DNA of 64,000 bases from an uncultured Acidobacteriaceae bacterium (GCA_963714225.1 CAVQNY010000010.1:59002-123001), one strand, 5' to 3'. Shown: positions 19,712 through 29,976, numbered from the stretch's first letter. The notes: generated from the letters alone by a model not told the origin. Made by a program: numbers and translations.

Positions 19712-21321
19712 GATGGAGGATACGGCGACGAGGACACGGCCGGCCGATCTCCGGGTGGCGTGGGGCTCGCATGCCCTTTGTCTTTCAATTTGCGAAATTC
19801 GTCCATTTCGCGCTGGGCATGATCGGGCTGGTTCAAGCGTGCAAAGAGCAGGCCCAACTGGTAGTGGGTATCCGCAGAATCGGGAGCCAATTCCTCCGCC
19901 CGCGTCAGGTGCTCCTGCGCTTTGACGTAGTCTTGTTGCATCAAGTAGAGGGTTCCCAGCAGAGCGTGAGTTTGGGCATGTTGAGTGTCGATGGCAAGCG
20001 CTTTCTCCAACAGAGAGATAGCGGCGCGATTGTCGCCCTGATCACGAAACATCATGGCCAACTGGTAGTAGGCTTCCGTGTGCTTTGGGTCGAGCTGGAT
20101 GGATTGCTCGAAGTTAGCCCGCGCTGCGGGAAAGTCGTGCAGACTGGCCCCGACCATCCCCAACGCGAGGAAGGCAAGCGGATCTTGGGGACGCAATTTT
20201 GCGTAATTCTCAATGGTACGGCGCGCCCCTTCTGTATCTCCGTTTTGGAGTTGAGCAACGCCCAGCAAATACAAAGCCTCCGGTTCGTCGGGCCGCAGTT
20301 TCACGAGCTGTTGGGCCGCATCCACTGCGTCCGCTGGGCGTCCCGCACGCAGGCTGGCGGCAGCGAACTTGCGCAAAACATCGGGCGAGTCGGGAGCAAC
20401 GGTGCGGGCGCGGGTAAGCAGTTCCACCGATTTCTGCCACTGCTCCTGGCTGGCCAGCATACGCGCCAGGGCTTGCAGCGCGTCGACCGAGGTTGGGTTC
20501 AAGTCTACGGCTCGTTGAAAGTCCTTTTGAGCCAGCTTGAGTTCGCCCTTGCGTTCCCGGGCCCGCCCCAACTCAAAGAACAAATCAGCCGAGGGAGCCT
20601 GCTGCTTCTGGGCGATTTCAAGCAGGGCGAGAGCATCGTTTGTGAAGTCGAAATCCAAGAGCACCTTGGCGAACTCCACCCGGAGGCTAGGATTTTTCGC
20701 CGCGCGCGCAGTGACCTCTGGAGCGAGCGATTGAGCATCCGCGACTCGACCCAGACCCAGATAGCTGGCTGCCAGCAAAGGCAGCACCCCGTCGGGGCGA
20801 TGCGCAGGCGGAATTCGTTCGAGCGCCTCGAGGGCAAGGTGAAAGTCATTCTGCTTCAAATACGCTGCCGCCAAGCTCTGGTTGACCTCTGCATCGTTCG
20901 GAGCCAGACGTGCCGCATCGAGCAGCGCGGCGACCTCCTTCTCGGTTTCACCTTGAGCGTGGAAGACCCGCCCCAAATTCATGCGGGCAGGGAGTGAGTC
21001 TGGAGACAGGCTGATTGCCCGGCGTAACAGTGTTTCCGATTCTGCAAAACGTTTCTGCTGCAAGCGAATGCTTGCCAGCAGGTTCAAGGCTTCGGCGTTG
21101 TCAGGATGCTCGGTTAGCACCTTCCAGAGCAGGACTTCGGCTGCGTCGAGTTTTCCGCCGTGAATCAGCGTGTTGGCCGCAGTCACATTGTTCGCGTCCT
21201 CGTCCGCGACCACGGGTGCACAAAGAAACACAAGCATCGCGACGAGAGCCAGCCCGCAGACCGTGACCTGCACCCACTTGGATCGAACTCCAGGTTTGCG
21301 CAATTCGAGGCGAGTCATCAC
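19708..21321 (-). CDS. TPR-repeat protein with an N-terminal membrane anchor
   Basis: 537 aa of consecutive TPR units after one hydrophobic helix. Its start overlaps the stop of the upstream TPR gene (GTGATGA). Confidence 0.85.
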   Translation of the reverse strand: MMTRLELRKPGVRSKWVQVTVCGLALVAMLVFLCAPVVADEDANNVTAANTLIHGGKLDAAEVLLWKVLTEHPDNAEALNLLASIRLQQKRFAESETLLRRAISLSPDSLPARMNLGRVFHAQGETEKEVAALLDAARLAPNDAEVNQSLAAAYLKQNDFHLALEALERIPPAHRPDGVLPLLAASYLGLGRVADAQSLAPEVTARAAKNPSLRVEFAKVLLDFDFTNDALALLEIAQKQQAPSADLFFELGRARERKGELKLAQKDFQRAVDLNPTSVDALQALARMLASQEQWQKSVELLTRARTVAPDSPDVLRKFAAASLRAGRPADAVDAAQQLVKLRPDEPEALYLLGVAQLQNGDTEGARRTIENYAKLRPQDPLAFLALGMVGASLHDFPAARANFEQSIQLDPKHTEAYYQLAMMFRDQGDNRAAISLLEKALAIDTQHAQTHALLGTLYLMQQDYVKAQEHLTRAEELAPDSADTHYQLGLLFARLNQPDHAQREMDEFRKLKDKGHASPTPPGDRPAVSSSPYPPS

Positions 21322-23570
21322 GGGTGCTCCGTCCCCCGTTCCTTCTCTTTCAGTTTTTGATAATCCTGGAGAGCGTGCTGAGCGTCGTCCACCCTCCCAT
21401 CGCGGCGGTAGGCCGCACTTAACTGAAAGTAGCTATAGTCTTTTGTGGGATCGAGATGCACCGCGATTTCCAGTCTTTCTATGGCAGCTTTTACATCTCC
21501 ACGGTCGAGCAGAATCTTGCCCAGCTGATACTGAGCGTCTGCATAATCCGGTTTGTCGCGAACTACCTCGGAGAGCAAGGTGAACGCCTGATCTTTCTGT
21601 TGCTGCATAAGCAGGGCATAAGCCAAGTGATACTTGGCTCTGGCATCTCCAGGATGCGCCTCGAGCTCTGCGCGAAACTCCCGCACCGCATCGTCAATTT
21701 TGCCTTCGTGAAGCGAAATGATCCCCAACCCAAAATGCGCTGCTTCGATCTTAGGATCGAGTTCGAGGGCGCGCGAAAACTCGGCGAGGGCGGGAGTGTA
21801 CTGATTCTGATCGGCATCCGCCTGGCCCAACAGGACATGGATTTCGGCAACATTCGGATTCTTCTCGATCATGTGCTGGAATACGTGCGACGCCGTCGCC
21901 GAGTCCCCGGTGCGGACCAGCGAGACTCCGAGCGCGTAGAGCACACCCGGGTCATCCGGAAGAGCAGCCAACTCAGGCTGAAACACCTCAACTGTTTTGG
22001 CGAACTTTTCGGTCATGAAATAACTCATGCCGAGGGCATCCCTTGCCTTGATATCGCTCGGCTGGCGGACAAGTTGGCGCTGCAGCGGGCCGATCACTTC
22101 TTCGAACCGTTGGGCGCGGAAGCCGGCCAACCCCCAATTGCGATCAAGTCCCGGCAAATCCGGCTTCCATTGCGCGGCCTTTCGAAAGTACTCGGCTGCC
22201 TTTCCATACTGTTCGTGTCTAGCCTGAATTACTCCCAGGTTGTTGTAGGCATTGGCCAGAATCTCCGCCAGCGTTGCGCGGAGTTCCTGCGCCTTTTTTT
22301 CCTCTGCGGCATCGAGTGGGGGACGACTCTCGAGGAATGCAGGCTTTTCCTGCCCATTCTGAAGTTCCGGAAGCAGCTCGTGCTGTCCCGTTTCCCGAGC
22401 GTCTTGTCTCTCTTTGTCGCTCTGGAATGCTTGCGCCCGCAGTTCCTGCGACCGCTTCAGTTCCGCCTCCGCCTCGTCCTGCTTGCCCATCTTAACCAGG
22501 ATCTGGCCGATCATGGTGTGTGCTTTCGATACCTGATAGTGGTTGTGCGAGGGGTCGGTCGTGAGGCGAATCGATTTCTTCAACGTCTCGATGGCTAAGT
22601 CCGGGCGGTTCGTTTCGACGTACACCTGGCCGAGATAAAGAAGAGGGTCGGGATTCTCGGGCTGCAACTGCACCGCTTTTTTCAGATATTGCTCTGCCAC
22701 GGGAAAATCGCGATCCTCGAGATGAATTACCCCCAGGAAAAAAGTGCTGAAGAACTCCTTCGGATTAATCGCCAATTCTTGCTCAAAAAGCGGTCGAGCC
22801 GTCGGAAAACGTTCCTTTTCTCCCTGGGCGAGGTATGCCAGGGCGAGATAGTAGTGAACCCGAGGATAGTGCGAATCCAGCTCGATCGCTTTCTTGAACT
22901 CGCGGATGGCTTCGTCCAGATAGCCCGTCTCGCGATACGCCCGGCCGATGAGAACATGGAGTTCCGGGGTCGAACCCATGTCGTTCAGCAATTCATCGAA
23001 TAAAAGCTTGGTTTCAGCCAGCTTGTGCTGGCTGAGGTAGGCCAGCGCCAGCGAGTACGCGGTTCCAAAGTCTGCCTGAAGTCCCAGAGCGGTGTGGAGA
23101 TGCTCCGCAGCCCCCGCAAAGTCGCCCTGCGCGAACTCGACGTTTCCCAGCAGTTGCAAGGCTCGAGCGTTGTGCGGATTCGCTTTGACCGCCTCGGCGG
23201 CTTGGGCGCTGGCTTTGTCCAAGTGCCCCGCTCGAAACTGAACCAGGGCAAGATCGATGCGCGCGTCCTCGTAGGCAGGGTCCGCCGCTGCCGCTTCCTC
23301 GAGCAGGCGGACGGCCTCGTCCGAATCGCTCTTCTCGGCAGCCAGAAGATTACCCATGCGCTGCAATGCGAGAGCCAGCACCTGATGGTATTCCGCCTCT
23401 GCGCGGTCCAAGTCTCCCCCAAGCTGGAACGTTTGCGCCGCGCTGTAGTGCTGATTGAGCGGATCCGTCGCCTGCTGGGCGGCAGAAATGTCCGGTATCA
23501 GGAGTGCGCTAAGGAGTAAGGGAATGGCCAAGCGGGACTGAAAACCCAGGAAACCGTCGTGGAAGAGCAC
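21318..23570 (-). CDS. TPR-repeat protein, secreted
   Basis: TPR units run throughout. Start moved to the GTG at 23570 ((M)LFHDGFLGFQSRLAIPLLLSALLIPDISAAQQ, signal-like). Codons of the 23654 start would run through an intrinsic terminator hairpin. Confidence 0.78.
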   Translation of the reverse strand: MLFHDGFLGFQSRLAIPLLLSALLIPDISAAQQATDPLNQHYSAAQTFQLGGDLDRAEAEYHQVLALALQRMGNLLAAEKSDSDEAVRLLEEAAAADPAYEDARIDLALVQFRAGHLDKASAQAAEAVKANPHNARALQLLGNVEFAQGDFAGAAEHLHTALGLQADFGTAYSLALAYLSQHKLAETKLLFDELLNDMGSTPELHVLIGRAYRETGYLDEAIREFKKAIELDSHYPRVHYYLALAYLAQGEKERFPTARPLFEQELAINPKEFFSTFFLGVIHLEDRDFPVAEQYLKKAVQLQPENPDPLLYLGQVYVETNRPDLAIETLKKSIRLTTDPSHNHYQVSKAHTMIGQILVKMGKQDEAEAELKRSQELRAQAFQSDKERQDARETGQHELLPELQNGQEKPAFLESRPPLDAAEEKKAQELRATLAEILANAYNNLGVIQARHEQYGKAAEYFRKAAQWKPDLPGLDRNWGLAGFRAQRFEEVIGPLQRQLVRQPSDIKARDALGMSYFMTEKFAKTVEVFQPELAALPDDPGVLYALGVSLVRTGDSATASHVFQHMIEKNPNVAEIHVLLGQADADQNQYTPALAEFSRALELDPKIEAAHFGLGIISLHEGKIDDAVREFRAELEAHPGDARAKYHLAYALLMQQQKDQAFTLLSEVVRDKPDYADAQYQLGKILLDRGDVKAAIERLEIAVHLDPTKDYSYFQLSAAYRRDGRVDDAQHALQDYQKLKEKERGTEHP

Positions 23571-23583
23571 TAGAAGATTCCCA

Positions 23584-23625
23584 TTCAAAATAATAAGAGG
23601 CGAGACTGTTGTAAGTCTCGCCTCT
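23584..23625 (-). terminator. Intrinsic terminator downstream of the TonB-dependent receptor gene
   Basis: Perfect 12-bp stem AGAGGCGAGACT / AGTCTCGCCTCT with a 6-nt loop (23596-23625). On the minus strand it is followed by TTATTATTTTGA. Confidence 0.72.
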
Positions 23626-23657
23626 ATTAGACGCTGCAACCTCTTACCGGTCAAGAC

Positions 23658-26600
23658 TCAGAAGATAAATCTGATTGCGTACTGAATCTGCCGGGGCGGC
23701 CGCGTATAGCTGGCCTGGCCAAAGCCCGATTCCGAAATGGAATTGGGGGAGAGCAGAGTACTACTGACTCCACCCGGGCCCCGAATTACCTGATACGCAT
23801 TGCTGGGTATCGTTTGGGTTTGGCCGAGTGGATTTCCGAGCAAGTAGCACCCATCGGCATTGAGGGGGCTACTTGGATTCGTTATCGGGTTTGTCGGGGG
23901 ACCAAGCGGGATATAGGTCCCGGTATTATCCGCAAAGCACACTTGAGCGCCCTCAAGAGTGCCGTTTACGCCCTCGAACTGGGTCTTGTTGAACGCGTTG
24001 AAGAATTCAAAGCGGAATTGCACATTCAGCCGCTCTGTAATCTTAAAGTTCTTATGCAGCGCGATATCCCAGTTGTTCTCACCGGGCCCGTAGCAATTCC
24101 CGAGCGAAGCGTTCCCGTCAGTTCCCAGCGGCAATCCATAGAAAGTGAATTTATTGGGATTTAGCCACTGGCTTTCGATTCCTGAATTGTGCGCACGACA
24201 GGGCTGACCAGGCACGACGTTGGGCCGATCCTGACCGGTCCCAACTCCCCAAAGATCAAGACCGGTCATGGGTACGACTGGAACACCGCTCTGGAATGAC
24301 ATGACCGGCTCGATCGACCAACCGGTTGCTACCTCTCGCTCGAATGCATTTCCTGTTTTCCACCCAGGAAGTACATAGACCACCGAGCCGACAAACATTT
24401 GCGGACGATCAAACCCGGAAGGTCCATAGTCAAGATGAGGATTGAGGTTGTCGCTAAAGACATCCGTAGCTCCCTGGCCAATCAGTCCTTGGACGCCTTG
24501 GAGCGCCAGCGACTTCGACCAGGTGTAGGCGAACTGGTAGATCGAGCCTCTTGAGTCAATCCTTCCTCTCCACGTTGCCTGCAGGGCATCGTAGTTGGAA
24601 TAGCCGCCAAAGTTGGCGACGGGTAATGTTGCGTCGCCCGACACGGATTGTCCGAAGTAACCCAGATAGGGACGGAACGGATCGGTCGCGTTGCCCCCGA
24701 TAGTATTTATGTTTTGTTGCGCGAAGTACTGCCGGCAAGTATCACCGACAGGAACCATCACCCCAATTCCTCCGGGCGCGAAAGGGGCTCCGCAAACATT
24801 CTGGTTCGCCGCAGTCGAAACGGGGTTCCCCTTCACCGGAGTTACTTGGGAAACGTCAGTGTAGTCCTGCAAATGGAGACCGCGGTTTCCCACGTAGGCC
24901 ACCTGCATCGTATTGTTCCGGAAGAGTTCCCTTGATATGCTCAAATTCCATTGCCAGTTATTCGGAAGATCACGGTTAAGGGTTCGCCCGAAAATGGGAT
25001 GCCCATATCCGGTGGAGGCTGGCGCAGTTCCATCCAAGTACCTGAGACCGCTGGATTCAGCAACGAACGGAGGATTCTGGGTTCCCTGGATGATGAAAGG
25101 ATCGAGCTGGTAGCGCACGAAGAATTGTCCTGCTCCGGCTCGAATTGAGGTTTTTCCGTCGCCAAATAGATCCCAGGCAACGCCCACCCGCGGGGCAACA
25201 TTGTGGTAGACATTGCCAACGATGGAGCGGCTGGAAGCGGTTTCGGATCCTGGCAATCCCAAGCCATTACAGGTAACTTGGCTCCCTGGAGCAGTAATGA
25301 GCCCATTACAGGCGCTTCCATTCGGCACGTTGGGACTAAAATAGCTGGGGTTGAAGAAAGCAAGTTCGTTGTCCGCCGCGTAGGGCTGCATCAGAAGGGA
25401 CCAACGCAAACCGTAGTTGATCGTGAGGCGACGGGTGGCGCGGAATGAATCTCCGCCATAAAACTCATAGTCCTGGTAGCGGCCGGTAGCGTTGTGCAAA
25501 GCGCTGTTCTCACCGTAGCCCCATATCGAGCCGTTTATCAGAATGTCGGCGATAGCGTTTCCAGCGGGCCCCTTATTCCCCCATAGACTGGAGCAGGTGT
25601 CGCCCGTGGGGCAAGTACCAGGGAACCCCCAAAGGGCAGGCGATTCATTGAAGTCGCCATTGTTCGGCTGGTCCTTGATGTTGTGGGCGACTAAGGCGCC
25701 GAACTTAAATTGATGCTTGCCAGCCACCTTGCTGTAGTCGTCCGTCCAAGTGTAGCGGTCCATCCGGTTGTACCAGGGAGCTGCGTTCCACAGGGTGCTG
25801 TAGCCTCCAGGGCCCCAGAAGACGGGTGGCGCGAGACCCGCTCCCGCAGATTTCGCCGATATCGGGTAGCTTGGGGTCAGGTCCGTGTAAATCTGCTGGC
25901 CCAGAGTGGGGTTGGTTCCTCCAGTGGTAATGTCAATCCTGTTCCCGGAATAGCTAAACTGGAAATCGTTGACCGCAGTGGTTCCCAACGTGCGACTCAG
26001 TCGAATCGCCGCAATCCTCGAGGGCTGCGCCCAGGAAGAATCCACCGCTGGAAATCCAGTGTCGCCCCACTCTCCTCCGGGAAGACTGGGCGCGGGCTGG
26101 GTCCAGTGCGACTGGGTATAGGTGAGCATTAGAGTCGTGGCCCGGTTCACGTTGTAGTCTACGCGCCCAAAGCTTTGCCACAAGTTAACGGGCGAGTTCA
26201 GGATTTGCTTATAGTCGGGATTGGGGCAGGGATTGGCAGCGGTGGGAGTGACGTTGGAGGCTGGGTATAATCTCGAAATCAGTGTACCCGCAGGACTGAA
26301 ACCCTCCGAGGTCTGGCCAATGTTTTGAAAATCGCCGGTTGCAGTCCCGAATGCTATTCCAGTGGCGGGATCGTTCACGGGGAAATCAACAATGCCAAAT
26401 TGGGGAGCGAAAGAATTGTAGTAACAATTGGTCAGGTGGCCACCCGTTGTGGCTCCCGTGAAATCTCCTGCGAGTTCAGCGGCGCTGGGGGTTTGTCCCG
26501 TATGGAGGTCCCCGTCAATCTCCCGGTTGAATTCCTGCGAGAAGAAGAAGAAGAGTTTGTCCTTCTTGATGGGCCCGCCGAGGGTGAAACCAAAGTCGTT

Positions 26601-27458
26601 CCGGCGTAGTTCTCCCTTGGGTATAGCGGGTGTGGTGTTCGAGTTGAACCAGTTGTTGGCGTTCAGCTTGTCATTTCTTCCGAAGTAATAAAGGGAGCCA
26701 TGCAGGCCGTTGGTGCCGGTCTTGGTGACGATGTTGACCTGCCCGCCGCCAGATTGCCCGTACTCAGGGCCGTAATTGTTGGTCACGATCTTGATTTCCG
26801 AGATGGAATCGATCGTGGGGTAAGCCAGAATCGTGCGCTGCGAGCCCATGTCGTTGTTGGGGGCGCCATCCACGGTAAACACGTTGCCGGTGCGCTGGCC
26901 GCCACTGAAAACAATGTCGGAGCCGCCTAAGACGCCCTTGGTACTGGCGCTGAACCCGTCCTGAGTAGCGGCGCCTGGGACCAGCAGCGCCAGACCGATG
27001 AAGTTGAGCCCGTTCAAAGGCAACTCGCGAACCTGCTCTCCCTCCGTGATCGTGCCCAACGTGTCGGTTGTCGTTTCCACCGCGATGGGGTTGGCTTCCA
27101 CCGTCACGGCCTCAGACGCGCTACCGACCGCAAGCTTCACATTAAGAACAACGGTCGAAGCGACGTGCAATTCGACGTCCTGCTGGGTTTCCGTCTTGAA
27201 CCCCTGCTTCGTCACCTTGACGTGATAGTGGCCCGGAGGAAGTTCTGTAAAGGCGTAGCTTCCGTCCTGACCGGTGGTCGTGGTGCGCGAATAGTCGGTC
27301 GTGTCGGAGACGACCGCGACCTCCGCTCCCACCACCACTGCCCCCGCGGCATCCAAGACGCTGCCCTGAATAATGCCATTCGTCTTCTGCGCGACCGTCA
27401 CCGGCGCAAGAATCAGCACCAACCAGCCCACCAGCACCCCAAGACGTGTCGTTCTCAT
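23658..27458 (-). CDS. Large TonB-dependent receptor with an N-terminal carboxypeptidase-regulatory-like domain
   Basis: GGAGG RBS, signal peptide and a CarboxypepD_reg-like motif (GIIQGSVLDAAGAVVVGAEVAVV...DGSYAFTELPPGHYHVKV). Plug-like region. Long beta-barrel ending in ...YAIRFIF. Confidence 0.9.
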   Translation of the reverse strand: MRTTRLGVLVGWLVLILAPVTVAQKTNGIIQGSVLDAAGAVVVGAEVAVVSDTTDYSRTTTTGQDGSYAFTELPPGHYHVKVTKQGFKTETQQDVELHVASTVVLNVKLAVGSASEAVTVEANPIAVETTTDTLGTITEGEQVRELPLNGLNFIGLALLVPGAATQDGFSASTKGVLGGSDIVFSGGQRTGNVFTVDGAPNNDMGSQRTILAYPTIDSISEIKIVTNNYGPEYGQSGGGQVNIVTKTGTNGLHGSLYYFGRNDKLNANNWFNSNTTPAIPKGELRRNDFGFTLGGPIKKDKLFFFFSQEFNREIDGDLHTGQTPSAAELAGDFTGATTGGHLTNCYYNSFAPQFGIVDFPVNDPATGIAFGTATGDFQNIGQTSEGFSPAGTLISRLYPASNVTPTAANPCPNPDYKQILNSPVNLWQSFGRVDYNVNRATTLMLTYTQSHWTQPAPSLPGGEWGDTGFPAVDSSWAQPSRIAAIRLSRTLGTTAVNDFQFSYSGNRIDITTGGTNPTLGQQIYTDLTPSYPISAKSAGAGLAPPVFWGPGGYSTLWNAAPWYNRMDRYTWTDDYSKVAGKHQFKFGALVAHNIKDQPNNGDFNESPALWGFPGTCPTGDTCSSLWGNKGPAGNAIADILINGSIWGYGENSALHNATGRYQDYEFYGGDSFRATRRLTINYGLRWSLLMQPYAADNELAFFNPSYFSPNVPNGSACNGLITAPGSQVTCNGLGLPGSETASSRSIVGNVYHNVAPRVGVAWDLFGDGKTSIRAGAGQFFVRYQLDPFIIQGTQNPPFVAESSGLRYLDGTAPASTGYGHPIFGRTLNRDLPNNWQWNLSISRELFRNNTMQVAYVGNRGLHLQDYTDVSQVTPVKGNPVSTAANQNVCGAPFAPGGIGVMVPVGDTCRQYFAQQNINTIGGNATDPFRPYLGYFGQSVSGDATLPVANFGGYSNYDALQATWRGRIDSRGSIYQFAYTWSKSLALQGVQGLIGQGATDVFSDNLNPHLDYGPSGFDRPQMFVGSVVYVLPGWKTGNAFEREVATGWSIEPVMSFQSGVPVVPMTGLDLWGVGTGQDRPNVVPGQPCRAHNSGIESQWLNPNKFTFYGLPLGTDGNASLGNCYGPGENNWDIALHKNFKITERLNVQFRFEFFNAFNKTQFEGVNGTLEGAQVCFADNTGTYIPLGPPTNPITNPSSPLNADGCYLLGNPLGQTQTIPSNAYQVIRGPGGVSSTLLSPNSISESGFGQASYTRPPRQIQYAIRFIF

Positions 27459-27563
27459 TGAGCCTCCAGGGAAACCCCTCAGTTTTGAGTTTGGGCGCGA
27501 GTAACCCTTTTGTACTACGCCGGTCATTTAGCCCCAAGCTGGCATTCGTTGTCAAGATAAAAA

Positions 27564-27607
27564 TACCGATATTCTAAAATATCTTCCTTCGACAAACCGG
27601 TATTCTA
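27564..27607. promoter_or_regulatory. Candidate operator in the divergent LacI / receptor intergenic region
   Basis: TACCGATATTCTA (27564-27576) and ACCGGTATTCTA (27596-27607) are near-identical direct repeats spaced 31 bp apart. The first overlaps an imperfect palindrome, GATATTCTAAAATATC. Confidence 0.3.
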
Positions 27608-27740
27608 GGCTCCTTTTTGTAGGGCTTCCCGTGCTGGTCCAGGTACGTTTTTGGTCCGATGAGGTAGAATGCTGGCATTTAGCCGCCCCGCCGCCATGGT
27701 GAGGTTCGAAGCGCTGTTTTCCCGGAGGAGCTATGGCCGA

Positions 27741-28835
27741 ATGACAGCCCTGAAAAAGAAGGGGGATAAAAAGAACGGTAACGTCACTTTGAAGATGGTA
27801 GCCGAACGCGTGGGTCTCACCAAGGGGACCTGTTCCGCGGTGCTGAACGGGAGTGCCGCGTCCCGCTCCGTTCCTCCGCACACCCAAGAGCGGATCCTCA
27901 CCGCCGCCCGCGAGTTGAATTACCGCCCAAGTTTCTACGCCCGTAATCTGGGAGTGAAGCGCACCTACATGATCGGCGTGGTCACTCAGGAGATCGGTGA
28001 CTTTTATGGTTCCCCCATCATCAGCGGCATCGAACGATACCTGCGGCAGAAGAATTTCTTCTTCCTTACCGTCGCCCACCGCCACGACCCCAAACTGCTG
28101 GAAACGTATTCGCACCTTCTTCTGGACCGCGGAGTGGAAGGCTTCATTACCGTGGACACCTTCGTCGACCACCCTTTGCCTTTGCCGACGATTGCCATCC
28201 CCGGCCATCGCCACCTGGAAGGGGTCACCAATATCGTGATGGATCATCGCAAAGGAGCATGGTTGGCCCTGAACCATCTGAGCGAGCTGGGCCACAAGGA
28301 AATTGCGCTCATGAAAGGATCGGACACCAGTCCGGATTCGGAGGACCGTTGGAACGCCATCTGCGAAGTGGCGGAGGAACTCGGCATTCCGGTGCGCCCG
28401 GAACTTACGGTTCAACTGCTAGGCGACGATTCAACGCCGCAGTTGGGTTATCCCTTCGCGAAAGAGTTGCTGGCCCGCAAGCAGCCCTTCACGGCCTTGT
28501 TTGCCTATAATGATATTTCCGCGATCGGCTCCATCCGCGCATTTCAGGATCTCGGGCTGCGCGTTCCCGAAGATGTTTCTGTGGTGGGCTTCGACGATAT
28601 CAGAATTGCCGTGCACAACAATCCGAGTCTCACCACGGTGCGGCAACCCTTGCAAAAGATGGGAGAGATCGCCGCCCGAACTTTGTTGAACCGCATCGAA
28701 GAACGCGAAGAGTGGGTGCCGGAAATTGCCATTGAGCCCGAATTCGTCGTGCGCAATTCGACCGCCAGGGCGCTCGCTCTACCCGCAGCCCCGCGCGATA
28801 GAGGGGACTGCCAAGATGTACTGGCGCGGAACTAG
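27741..28835 (+). CDS. LacI family transcriptional regulator
   Basis: HTH (VTLKMVAERVGLTKGTCSAVLNGS...ERILTAARELNYRP) followed by a periplasmic-binding-protein-like sugar-binding core. Confidence 0.9.
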   Translation: MTALKKKGDKKNGNVTLKMVAERVGLTKGTCSAVLNGSAASRSVPPHTQERILTAARELNYRPSFYARNLGVKRTYMIGVVTQEIGDFYGSPIISGIERYLRQKNFFFLTVAHRHDPKLLETYSHLLLDRGVEGFITVDTFVDHPLPLPTIAIPGHRHLEGVTNIVMDHRKGAWLALNHLSELGHKEIALMKGSDTSPDSEDRWNAICEVAEELGIPVRPELTVQLLGDDSTPQLGYPFAKELLARKQPFTALFAYNDISAIGSIRAFQDLGLRVPEDVSVVGFDDIRIAVHNNPSLTTVRQPLQKMGEIAARTLLNRIEEREEWVPEIAIEPEFVVRNSTARALALPAAPRDRGDCQDVLARN

Positions 28836-29976
28836 CAAGCGATTCCTCTTGCGTTTCGCCTCCGCTTGCTTCTTTTTCGCGATTCCTGCTCATTCTCCGG
28901 CTCCGCTGCGGGCGCAGGTAGCGACAGAGGAACGACTCCTCTATCGCGAGTGGTGGCCCAGGCACAGTACTTCATCCCCGGACCAGTACGTTGGACCGGC
29001 GGAGTGCGCCAAGTGTCATGCGGGGAAGGCGGCGACGCAGAAGAACACTCCCATGGCACGCACCGCTTTCCCCGTTGCCGACTCGGACGTTCTGTCCGCG
29101 CACGGCCAATTGAGTTTCCAAGCGGGCAAAATCAGTTACCAGATCGCGACTGCAGCGGGCAAGAGCGTCTACACGGTCACGGACGGTACGCAAACTCTGT
29201 CGGCACCGTTGACCTGGTCGTTTGGGGATGGCCACGTCGGCCAATCGTACCTCTTCGAGAGGGACGGAAATTTCTTCGAAAGCCGCGTTTCCTACTTCGG
29301 TACTTTGGACGCTCTCGATTTCACCCCTGGCCGCAAACTTACTGAGCCGCGCGATCTCGAGCAGGCTATGGCGCGGCCCGTAACCGGGTCAGAGCTCGTC
29401 CGTTGTTTCGCCTGCCACACCACCGCCTCTACGATCAAAGACAAGTTTGAGCGCACTCGAATCATACCGGGGATTACCTGTGAAGCCTGTCACGGGCCGG
29501 GTCTCAATCACGTAATCGCGGAGGAAACAGGACAGCAAATAGGCCTAATCTTCAATCCCGGCGGGCTCAAGCCGTCCGACGCCGCCGATTTCTGCGGAGC
29601 GTGCCATGGCACCTGGTGGGACGTCAAACTCGAGAATCTCGCAGGGCTCGCCAACCTACGCGCCCAGCCTTATCGCCTGGAAAAAAGCCGGTGCTGGGGA
29701 ACCAAAGGGGACGCTCGCCTGGCTTGCGTGGCCTGCCACGACCCGCACCAGCCGCTCGTGCGCGATTCGAGTTCGTACGACAAAAACTGCTTGAGCTGTC
29801 ACCTTACAGCAACTTCGACGAGGCCGGCCCCTGACCATCCAGGCCGTGCCTGCAAGGTGAGCCCAAGAGATTGTGCTTCCTGCCACATGCCGAATTATGT
29901 CGATTCGACAATGCATCGTGCATTTACCGATCACGACATCCGCGTTGTGCGGCCGGGTGCGCCGTATCCCGATTGA
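28816..29976 (+). CDS. Heptaheme c-type cytochrome, secreted
   Basis: Signal-like N-terminus and seven CXXCH motifs (CAKCH, CFACH, CEACH, CGACH, CVACH, CLSCH, CASCH). The ATG at 28816 overlaps the LacI gene end by 20 nt. Confidence 0.85.
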   Translation: MYWRGTSKRFLLRFASACFFFAIPAHSPAPLRAQVATEERLLYREWWPRHSTSSPDQYVGPAECAKCHAGKAATQKNTPMARTAFPVADSDVLSAHGQLSFQAGKISYQIATAAGKSVYTVTDGTQTLSAPLTWSFGDGHVGQSYLFERDGNFFESRVSYFGTLDALDFTPGRKLTEPRDLEQAMARPVTGSELVRCFACHTTASTIKDKFERTRIIPGITCEACHGPGLNHVIAEETGQQIGLIFNPGGLKPSDAADFCGACHGTWWDVKLENLAGLANLRAQPYRLEKSRCWGTKGDARLACVACHDPHQPLVRDSSSYDKNCLSCHLTATSTRPAPDHPGRACKVSPRDCASCHMPNYVDSTMHRAFTDHDIRVVRPGAPYPD

